Position numbers and translations under genes: made by a program. A DNA stretch of 64,000 nt from Puniceicoccales bacterium (GTDB lineage Bacteria; Verrucomicrobiota; Verrucomicrobiia; Opitutales; UBA9783): assembly GCA_031258545.1 (NCBI GenBank), contig JAIRMU010000019.1, positions 4,716-68,715 on the forward strand. The letters run 5' to 3'. The notes beneath the pieces are model-generated. The model was not told the DNA's origin and did not search any database. It was given only the letters and a program-made list of their open reading frames with translations. Shown in pieces: positions 29,461 to 37,456 of the stretch; the stretch's first letter is position 1, and the number at the start of each line of letters is the position of its first letter.

Positions 29461-30318
29461 ATGCAGGACAACGTTTGCAAAGAACTAAAAAATTTGCTAA
29501 ACATTCAAGTAACCTTTTACGAAAAGAGTGCGTTTCCGTTAGATGCAAGTGTTTTGAAAAAATTTCTACAGACAGCTCGCAGTGCTGCTGGGGTGGAACC
29601 TGTCTGCGCGACAAGCCAAACCATTGCAATACCGCAAACGCCTCCATTGACGCAGGAAGATTTAATACCCACATCGGAACAATTAATTGTACCTCCGGGC
29701 ACCAAACAAGAGCGTTGGCAATGGCTAAAAAACCGTGTTCTAACATGCCCCACCTGTCTATCACACGTGCATCCGGGCAAACAGATTGTATTCGGAAGTG
29801 GCAATTTAGATGCAGATATATTCTTTTGCGGTGAGGCGCCGGGAGCTGACGAAGAAGAGCAAGGGGAAGTTTTTGTCGGACGAGCCGGGCAATTATTGAC
29901 AAAAATTATTGAGGCAATGGGCCTCCACCGTTCCCATGTGTACATTGGCAACATCATGAATTGGCGTCCCGAAACTCCCAATAGGATTGGGAATCGTCCA
30001 CCCACGCAGGCAGAAATGGAATTTTGCTTACCTTATCTCAAAAGCCAAGTAGACATTGTGCAACCCAGAGTAATCGTTGCTTTGGGAGCCACCGCGGTAA
30101 GCGGTTTATTGGGCCATGATGCTTCAAGACGCATGCGTGACTGTCGAGGTCAATGGTTTTCCTTTCACCAAATTCCACTGCTGGTCACTTACCATCCCTC
30201 TTACCTGTTGCGTAATGCCACCAAAGAAGCTAAAAGAACCGTCTGGGAAGACATATTACGTGTCATGGAATTTCTCAATATGCCCATTTCCGATAAACAA
30301 AAACGCTATTTTCTGTAA
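29461..30318 (+). CDS. Uracil-DNA glycosylase family 4
   Basis: C..C, VFGSGN, GEAPG..E...G..FVGRAG.LL, NR.P...E...C.PYL, YHPSYLLR. Confidence 0.92.
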   Translation: MQDNVCKELKNLLNIQVTFYEKSAFPLDASVLKKFLQTARSAAGVEPVCATSQTIAIPQTPPLTQEDLIPTSEQLIVPPGTKQERWQWLKNRVLTCPTCLSHVHPGKQIVFGSGNLDADIFFCGEAPGADEEEQGEVFVGRAGQLLTKIIEAMGLHRSHVYIGNIMNWRPETPNRIGNRPPTQAEMEFCLPYLKSQVDIVQPRVIVALGATAVSGLLGHDASRRMRDCRGQWFSFHQIPLLVTYHPSYLLRNATKEAKRTVWEDILRVMEFLNMPISDKQKRYFL

Positions 30319-30509
30319 ACAAATTTCCCACATACAACACGTGCGCACGTTGGTTATGTTTGCGGTTTAAAAGTCATACCCTTGCGCATTGTATTTAATA
30401 CAACATCCCCTCTGGAATACGCAGGTAAAACATTTTATATCGCCACATTTTTTGCCTCCATTGCGATCCCGTTGTAATCCTCGTTTTATCGGACGATCAT
30501 TGCAGGACA

Positions 30510-30674
30510 CTAAACAAGGAACAGAAAACAAAACTGGAGTGCGATGAGTATACCCAATAAAAAGTAAGTTCCGTACACAAATCCGTTGCGAACGCGTTGA
30601 ACCCGTGGAGGTTTCTGCGATTTTTGCACTTTATCAAAAGCAAAACAATGCGTAATATCTTTTGGATTCCCCAT
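30510..30674 (-). CDS. Small putative single-pass membrane protein (54 aa)
   Basis: MGNPKDITHCFAFD...basic stretch...C-terminal hydrophobic helix FLLGILIALQFCFLFLV; start uncertain (ORF extends to 30746). Confidence 0.4.
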   Translation of the reverse strand: MGNPKDITHCFAFDKVQKSQKPPRVQRVRNGFVYGTYFLLGILIALQFCFLFLV

Positions 30675-30868
30675 GATCTTAATAAATAACAGATTGTAAT
30701 TATCTAACAAATAAATAATTCCATTTTTACACATACGTGCGTGCAACAGTAACGAAAAAATTAAGGTATGCCAAAGCTGTTCTTGGGAAAAAGACGCAGC
30801 ATAGGAATTTAAACAAGAAAACTTTGCCGGTTAAAAATTTCTACCCACCAAAAACAAAGGCTTTGGTT

Positions 30869-33403
30869 TCACATTTCAGAAGAGATCAACAAGGTATGGG
30901 AGAGATCGGGCTGTAAATACGCTTTGGATCGCTCAAAAAATTCTTCCAACGATATATTATCGATAGCTTTTTCATAATTTAACCAGGCGTCTTGAGGTAA
31001 ATCAAACAATGCATTGATGCCGGCATAAAATGCCTTTTTGGCGATGGTTTGCAAACGAGTTTGCTGACTCACTTTAAGATGCGCTCGGCATAGATTGAAT
31101 TCTTCAGAAGATACCTGGTGATTTAGAACACGTTGCGTCGCTTTGAACATTTCTGCTTCAACCGTTTTCAAATGGGATGCTTGAGTACTCGCAAATAAAC
31201 ATAACATACCGCGACTTAATCCCGTTAAACGCGTGGCCCCAACCGTATAGGCCAAACCTAATTTCTCTCTTACTTCGATGACAAATTGGCTCGATAAACC
31301 ATTGAATAATTCTTCCAAATAATCGGCCACATAGTAGTCTTTTGAACATATGCCCGCCATTGGGTAAGCCTGGAAAACCATCGATTGCTCTTTGTCCAAT
31401 CGGCATACACGGTACCCGTCGGAAGTGAAAAAAATTTCATCGGACACCTTTTCGAAACCATTTTTAGAAATTCCACGACCTATAGGCTCCAATAACCTCA
31501 TTAATTCATCCGTAGGTAGCGGACTAACCGCCGATATAACACAATTGGAGCCAACAAAAATTTTTCTAAAATAATGCCAACAGTGCTCTAATTGCAGTGC
31601 TTTTACATTGTCATCAATACCATACTGACCTATGGCGTAGGGATGTTGCCCAAAAAATTGATGACGCATCTTTTTAAATCCCACATAAAATACGTCATCC
31701 ATCATCTCCCGAATGGAAGCCAATTGGGAAGCTTTTTCAATCTCGAATGTTTCCTCTTTAAACCGAGGTATACGCAGCGCTTCTCCCAATAACTGACATC
31801 CCATAGCCGTGTTTTGGGGCAAAGATTCAAACGCCAATCCTATGTGATTAATCCCCGTAAAACTATTAAACTGGCCTCCTATTGCGTCAACGGCTTCCGC
31901 AATTTCACATGCCGTACGATTTTCGGTATCCTTCATCAGTAGAGAAGCTACCAAATGCGAAATACCCCTTTGATGCACGGGTTCATACAAAGCACCCCCA
32001 AAACCGAGTACCTGTATGTGCGTTTTTGGAAAAGACGGATTATGCTGCATTACCAAACGGACTCCGTTGGATAATGTTGTCGATTCCACAGGATGCGTAC
32101 GTACCTCCGTAGATTTTTTTAAAAACCCTCTTTCCAGTGCTTTTGGCTCCAAAGATGCTTTGGTACAAGTTGCAGACTGCAAATATTTGCCCACAATCGC
32201 TTTTATGCTTTTCGCATCCAATTGTTTCAATTGTTTCAAATAGTGTCTCGAGTACTGCAAATCTCCCAAGCAAGTGTCGGCCCATCCTAGATGATGTGCC
32301 TGCCCCGACACCGTTTTTCGAGCATCTATTTCCGATATAATTGCTTGGTTCAGCGCCTTCTGCACATGCTTTGTTTTAATGCCTGCTTCTGCCATGCACT
32401 GCAAATTCTTCGATAAAAATTCCTCCACGCAAGCACGTTTCTCTCCGTCGCACACGTATTGTATCCAAAATAGCCCTTGATCAGCCATCCAAGTGGATAC
32501 ATCGATGGAATAAACGTATCTTAACTCTTCTCGCAACTTTTGATGCAAAAGTGAGCTGTCACCGCAACCCAATACATTGGATAAAACTTGCAACTTGGCC
32601 CCATCTTTGTGCCCCAGTCCTGGAATTTTAAATGCCAATGCTCCACGCACCAATTGATAATTGCCATAAAAACGCTCTACCCTTTCCGCCATTTGGAAGG
32701 GTTCTCGAGTGATCAAAACCGGTTGCAAACTTCTTGGCAAACATGCGGAAAAATAATGATTCACCTTTTCTTGAATCCACTCAAACGACAAATTACCCAC
32801 AATGACCAACGTTATGTTATTGACGGGATAGCGCTTGCGCCAGTATTCCATTAAATCTTCCCGCGTCAGTTGTTCAAAAATACTCTTAATGCCAATGATG
32901 GGGTATCGATACGGATGCTTACGAAACGCGTTTTCAAACACTACTTGATTGAGTCGATCATCCGGATCATCATTGCACATGCCGATCTCACGCAAAATTA
33001 CCTTCTTTTCCTTAAGCATTTCTTCCGATGGAAATGTGGGATGCAGCAGCATATCGCTTAAAATATCCAATCCCAATTCCATAGATTCCGATGAACCATC
33101 GTAAGTATAAACGGTCCTGTCAAATGATGTATAAGCATTGAGGCTGGCTCCCGAGGCTTGAGCTTCCGAAAAAATAGCCGCATACGTACGCCGCTCAGTT
33201 CCCTTAAAAACCATGTGTTCCACAAAATGAGAAATACCCGCACCTAAATATTTGTCTTCGTGAATGCTACCCGTCTTTACCCACGCTTGAATTGCAACCA
33301 AGCCGGTATGCTCAACGGGTAAAAAAATGACCTTGAGACCATTGGAAAGTGTAAAACAATAGGGCTGATAGGTTAAAAATTCTTCAAATAAACACATATC
33401 CAA
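30869..33403 (-). CDS. M16 family zinc peptidase (two-lobed, PqqL-like)
   Basis: TLSNGL, GS..E, GISHFVEHMVFKGT (HxxEH), NAYTS.D.T.Y, and a second degenerate M16 unit. Confidence 0.92.
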   Translation of the reverse strand: MDMCLFEEFLTYQPYCFTLSNGLKVIFLPVEHTGLVAIQAWVKTGSIHEDKYLGAGISHFVEHMVFKGTERRTYAAIFSEAQASGASLNAYTSFDRTVYTYDGSSESMELGLDILSDMLLHPTFPSEEMLKEKKVILREIGMCNDDPDDRLNQVVFENAFRKHPYRYPIIGIKSIFEQLTREDLMEYWRKRYPVNNITLVIVGNLSFEWIQEKVNHYFSACLPRSLQPVLITREPFQMAERVERFYGNYQLVRGALAFKIPGLGHKDGAKLQVLSNVLGCGDSSLLHQKLREELRYVYSIDVSTWMADQGLFWIQYVCDGEKRACVEEFLSKNLQCMAEAGIKTKHVQKALNQAIISEIDARKTVSGQAHHLGWADTCLGDLQYSRHYLKQLKQLDAKSIKAIVGKYLQSATCTKASLEPKALERGFLKKSTEVRTHPVESTTLSNGVRLVMQHNPSFPKTHIQVLGFGGALYEPVHQRGISHLVASLLMKDTENRTACEIAEAVDAIGGQFNSFTGINHIGLAFESLPQNTAMGCQLLGEALRIPRFKEETFEIEKASQLASIREMMDDVFYVGFKKMRHQFFGQHPYAIGQYGIDDNVKALQLEHCWHYFRKIFVGSNCVISAVSPLPTDELMRLLEPIGRGISKNGFEKVSDEIFFTSDGYRVCRLDKEQSMVFQAYPMAGICSKDYYVADYLEELFNGLSSQFVIEVREKLGLAYTVGATRLTGLSRGMLCLFASTQASHLKTVEAEMFKATQRVLNHQVSSEEFNLCRAHLKVSQQTRLQTIAKKAFYAGINALFDLPQDAWLNYEKAIDNISLEEFFERSKAYLQPDLSHTLLISSEM

Positions 33404-33464
33404 CTTATTTCATTGTCTCAGAAAAAGCCAGTACTGTAAAGTTGAAAAACCTCCTTTTATAATT

Positions 33465-33500
33465 CAAAAAATAAACCCTACGAGAATACGTAGGGTTTAT
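33465..33500 (-). terminator. Intrinsic terminator downstream of the zinc-knuckle gene
   Basis: Perfect 12-bp stem ATAAACCCTACG-N6-CGTAGGGTTTAT (33471-33500) followed by a T run on the minus strand. Confidence 0.8.
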
Positions 33501-33527
33501 AAATTTTGTAAACTTTAGTTACGTATT

Positions 33528-33932
33528 TTAGCAACCGAACATATGATCTTCTGAATGATCGGGATGATTCGGGCAGTCCGGCCTGTGATTTCCTCCTGAC
33601 TGACCACAATGGGGACATCTATAGCCAGGATTATTCGGGCAATGCGGTATATGTTCTCTTCCGAATTCTGTGTCCATCATGGGACAATAGGGACACTTAT
33701 AGTTAGGATCATTCTGGCAATCCGGCCTATGAGCGCCTCCTGACAGTTCACAATGAGGACACTTATAGTTAGGGCAATCCGGCTTATGATCGTCTGATGT
33801 AGAAGCAAAACAATAGGGACAAGGACGATCGAGATTATTCGGGCAAACACCTGCATCATGCCCTTCTTGACCACAATACGAACACATTACGGCCATTCCC
33901 GGCAGTGTTGTCATTAATTTAAATGCAATCAA
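33528..33932 (-). CDS. Cys/His-rich protein with five CCHC zinc-knuckle-like repeats
   Basis: CSYCGQEGHDAGVC (C-x2-C-x4-H-x4-C) plus four CP[YH]C-x6-10-H-x3-C units; has its own promoter and terminator; true start uncertain (see findings). Confidence 0.75.
   Translation of the reverse strand: MIAFKLMTTLPGMAVMCSYCGQEGHDAGVCPNNLDRPCPYCFASTSDDHKPDCPNYKCPHCELSGGAHRPDCQNDPNYKCPYCPMMDTEFGREHIPHCPNNPGYRCPHCGQSGGNHRPDCPNHPDHSEDHMFGC
33691..33773. repeat. Exact 17-nt direct repeat within the zinc-knuckle gene
   Basis: GGACACTTATAGTTAGG at 33691-33707 and 33757-33773 (66-nt period; encodes PNYKCP). Confidence 0.85.
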
Positions 33933-34032
33933 ATATATATTTTTTCATGTGGCTCGTTTTGTTACTTCTTTAATATTGGCAAGCTTTTTGTTAATCCTTT
34001 TTAATAAATTACTTCCACCAAACCTCAGTTTA

Positions 34033-34061
34033 ATGATAAGCTAAATGTTTGTTAAGTGCAA
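34033..34061 (-). promoter_or_regulatory. Putative sigma70 promoter of the zinc-knuckle gene
   Basis: TTGCAC-N17-TATCAT on the minus strand. Confidence 0.55.
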
Positions 34062-34226
34062 GCTATTTTTCTTCTGTTACGATACTTATTTCTACCACCT
34101 ATTGAATATCTTTAATCACCTCTCCAGGTGTTGTATGGTTCTCCTACTTCACACAGCAATCTGTACGAAACCCTCGTTGGACGCACCATAAACTTAGGGG
34201 GAAACCTTTTTACCCACTCTATTTCA

Positions 34227-35684
34227 TCATTGAGATAAGAGCTCTCTCAAAAGGCGATCCACTTCATTGATCGGAACTTTTCCTTGCGTACGCTTTACGA
34301 CTTGCCCCTTTAATACGTTCAAAGCCTTTTCTTTTCCGGAACGAAACTCTTCGGCAGGTTTTGGGAAAGCGTCTATAATTTCCCCACACAGCATTTTCAA
34401 AGCATCCACGTCTACCGCAATTTCTAACCCTTTATCTTTCACAATCTTTTGGGGATCTTCGCCCGTCTTAAACATAGCCCCGAATACCTCTTTTGCGCTC
34501 TGTTTAGATATTACATTCGAATCCACCAATTCCACCAATGCGGCAACTTGACGAGGATCCATTTTCAAATTTTTCCAGGCTTGATGCATATCTTCCGTGG
34601 CAAGCTCCCTCAATAAATCGTTTGCAATCCAATTGGCAATACCCAGAGGATTTTTAGCATAAAAACTCAAAGCGGATTCAAAAAAATCGCTCAATCTTTT
34701 ATCGGGGCAAATGACGGAAGTCACCGTATAGGGCAATGGCAATGTCCGTAAGTAACGTTCCTGTTTGTCGAATGGCAACTCTGGCAAAATCTTTTTCTGA
34801 GCTTGAACATCTGCTTCCGATAAACAAATTGGACATAAATCTGGATCCGTAAAATAACGGTAATCATGGGCATCCTCTTTGGATCGCATGACAAAACTCT
34901 CGGATTTATCGGCATCCCAACGTCGCGTTTCCTGCACAATGGCTTTACCACATTCAATGGCCTGCAATTGTCGATTGACTTCATGTCGAACGCCGTTGCA
35001 CACACCTGAAATCGAATTCAAATTCTTCAACTCAACTTTGGTCCCCAAGCGGGTTGTTCCCTGAGGCCTTACACTAATGTTTGCATCGCACCGCAACTGC
35101 CCTTTTTCCATATCGCAATCGGAAGCATCCACGTACTGCAAATGCATAACTAAAGATTTTAAATAGGCAAAAACCTCTTCCGGAGAGTGCATATCGGGCT
35201 CGGATACAATTTCGATGAGCGGCGTACCCGCACGGTTGTAATCGATCCAAGATACTTGTCCCAAATGGGTGAGTTTACCCACATCTTCCTCCAAATGAAT
35301 TCGATTTAACGCAACTTTGCGATGTTTCCCCTGAATGTTTCTGGCGGGTCCTTCAAGCTCAATTTCGACATGTCCACCGCGACATAGCGGTTGATCGAAT
35401 TGGGAAATTTGATAATTTTTAGGGGCATCCGGATAAAAATAATTTTTACGATCCCACTTGCATTGACGTGCGATCTCGCAGCCAAATATCAATCCCACTT
35501 GCACCGTCTTTAAAACGGCCGCCCTATTGAGTACGGGCAAAGAACCCGGCAATCCCAAAACAATTTCATCCACCAAGGTATTCGGTTCGACACCATAACG
35601 ATAAGGTACTCGCGTAAACAACTTCGACTGCGTCTTTAGTTGCGCATGAACTTCTAACCCAATAACAGCCTCGTATTGCGTCAT
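34227..35684 (-). CDS. gatB: Asp/Glu-tRNA amidotransferase subunit B
   Basis: YEAVIGLEVHAQL, RKNYFYPD.PKNYQISQ, HLEEDVGK, DYNRAGTPLIEIVSEPD, YRYF.DPDL. Confidence 0.98.
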   Translation of the reverse strand: MTQYEAVIGLEVHAQLKTQSKLFTRVPYRYGVEPNTLVDEIVLGLPGSLPVLNRAAVLKTVQVGLIFGCEIARQCKWDRKNYFYPDAPKNYQISQFDQPLCRGGHVEIELEGPARNIQGKHRKVALNRIHLEEDVGKLTHLGQVSWIDYNRAGTPLIEIVSEPDMHSPEEVFAYLKSLVMHLQYVDASDCDMEKGQLRCDANISVRPQGTTRLGTKVELKNLNSISGVCNGVRHEVNRQLQAIECGKAIVQETRRWDADKSESFVMRSKEDAHDYRYFTDPDLCPICLSEADVQAQKKILPELPFDKQERYLRTLPLPYTVTSVICPDKRLSDFFESALSFYAKNPLGIANWIANDLLRELATEDMHQAWKNLKMDPRQVAALVELVDSNVISKQSAKEVFGAMFKTGEDPQKIVKDKGLEIAVDVDALKMLCGEIIDAFPKPAEEFRSGKEKALNVLKGQVVKRTQGKVPINEVDRLLRELLSQ

Positions 35685-35697
35685 ATATTAAAACAGA

Positions 35698-37164
35698 TCA
35701 AAGATTCGGAATTTTAAGATTAAAAGGATGATGTTTTTCAAATGCGTACGCCATCGACAGTAGGGTTGTCTCTTCCCACGGTTTTCCAATGAGTTGGCAT
35801 CCTATGGGCAACCCATTGTTGGTAAAGCCACACGGAAAAGAAATTGCAGGTAATCCGGCCAAATTAACGGAAATGGTATAAATATCGCTCAAGTACATTG
35901 CCAATGGATTACTCGTCTTTTCTCCTTTTTTAAAAGCCGGAACGGGTGAAGTGGGTGTCACTAGGGCGTCCACTTCTGCAAACGCACGCATAAAATCATT
36001 GTAAATAAGCCGTCTTACCTTTTGAGCTTTGCCGTAAAACGCATCGTAGTAACCACTGCTGAGGACGTAGGTTCCCAATAAAATGCGACGCTTGACCTCT
36101 TCACCAAACCCTTCACTCCTGGACTGATCGTAAACTTCATCAATATCCTTTGCACGTGGACTACGGTAAGTGTAACGAATGCCATCGTAACGAGCCAAAT
36201 TGGAAGATGCTTCAGCGGTAGCGATGATGTAGTAAATGGGAATTGCATACTCCAGGGAGGTCAAATGAATCGGTTTTACAACGTATCCTTGCGTTTCATA
36301 AAAATGAATTGCCTTTTCCACCGAAGATTTTACCTCCGAAGCCAATCCTTCTCCAAAATACTCTTCCGGAACTCCCAATGTCCACTTTTTCCCTTCATTG
36401 GACTGCACGGCGGCCAAGTAATCCGGAATATGCACGCGTGCACACGTCGAATCTTTGGGATCGGCTCCCGCTAAAACTTGCAAAAGCGCCGCGACACCCC
36501 GTGTGGTACGCGCCAACGGACCTGCTTGATCCAATGAGCTTGCATAGGCAACCATTCCGTAACGGCTGATGCGCCCGTAAGAAGGCTTCAATCCCACAAT
36601 ACCGCATAAAGAAGCCGGTTGACGGACAGATCCTCCCGTATCCGTACCCAACGCCAATGGAACTTCGCCCGCAACAACGGCAGCCGCACTTCCAGAACTA
36701 CTACCACCGGGGATTTTATCCAAATCCCACGGATTACTCGTTACTTGAAAGGCAGAATTCTCGGAAGAAGAGCCCATGGCAAATTCATCCATATTAAGCC
36801 TTCCCCACAAAACAGCTCCGGCATCCTTTAATTTTTTCACCACGGTCGCATCGTACGGACTCACAAAATGTTCCAACATGCGACTTCCACAGGTCAAGCG
36901 TTGACCTTTTTCGGCAAAAATATCCTTAAGTCCCACCGGTACACCGTCCAACCTACCGAGACTTTGCCCTCTAGAACGACGTGCATCGGATGCTTCCGCT
37001 TCCGTAAGCGTCTTTTTTTCGTCAAAACTTAAAAATGCTTTTACGAATTTATCCACCGCATGCGTTCGCCCAATAAAAGCCTTCGTCAGCTCAACGGATG
37101 AGAATTGTTTTTTCTCCAATCCCTCACTCAATTGTTCAAGTGTCCCAAAAATAAGATTTTCCAT
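35698..37164 (-). CDS. gatA: Asp/Glu-tRNA amidotransferase subunit A
   Basis: N.DEFAMGSSSENS, PGGSSSGSAAAV, LGTDTGGS.RQPA, ASSNLARYDG. Confidence 0.98.
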   Translation of the reverse strand: MENLIFGTLEQLSEGLEKKQFSSVELTKAFIGRTHAVDKFVKAFLSFDEKKTLTEAEASDARRSRGQSLGRLDGVPVGLKDIFAEKGQRLTCGSRMLEHFVSPYDATVVKKLKDAGAVLWGRLNMDEFAMGSSSENSAFQVTSNPWDLDKIPGGSSSGSAAAVVAGEVPLALGTDTGGSVRQPASLCGIVGLKPSYGRISRYGMVAYASSLDQAGPLARTTRGVAALLQVLAGADPKDSTCARVHIPDYLAAVQSNEGKKWTLGVPEEYFGEGLASEVKSSVEKAIHFYETQGYVVKPIHLTSLEYAIPIYYIIATAEASSNLARYDGIRYTYRSPRAKDIDEVYDQSRSEGFGEEVKRRILLGTYVLSSGYYDAFYGKAQKVRRLIYNDFMRAFAEVDALVTPTSPVPAFKKGEKTSNPLAMYLSDIYTISVNLAGLPAISFPCGFTNNGLPIGCQLIGKPWEETTLLSMAYAFEKHHPFNLKIPNL

Positions 37165-37165
37165 G

Positions 37166-37456
37166 CTACAGAACCCGCGGTACTACGATTTGCCCCTCTT
37201 TCATTTCTGGAGCGTTGGGAGATAAAAAATCAACGCCGTCTTCACAATGTTCTGGAACATCTTCGGCCCAGAAATTATCCTCGTGAGAAAAGGAATGCAC
37301 CATGGGTTCTAAATTTTCCACATCCGCTTCGCATACCTTCGAACAGTATCCAACAATGTTTTGCAGTTGATTTGAAAATATTTCACGTTCACGCTCATCA
37401 AACTCAATCCGAGCCAATTTAGCCAAATGATCAATATCAACCTCCGAATGTATCAT
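37166..37456 (-). CDS. gatC: Asp/Glu-tRNA amidotransferase subunit C
   Basis: IDHLAKLARIE, NAPE...GQIVVPRVL; ATGA overlap with the pheT stop. Confidence 0.9.
   Translation of the reverse strand: MIHSEVDIDHLAKLARIEFDEREREIFSNQLQNIVGYCSKVCEADVENLEPMVHSFSHEDNFWAEDVPEHCEDGVDFLSPNAPEMKEGQIVVPRVL

Noticed and set aside
30339-30350. 12-bp palindrome ACGTGCGCACGT (and TTTGCCGGCAAA near 43243)
   Set aside because: Isolated loop-less palindromes with no U-tract or recurrence; chance occurrence is plausible
33560-33870. Repeats as a possible CRISPR array
   Set aside because: The repeats are in-frame coding repeats without constant repeat/unique spacer structure, and no cas genes are present
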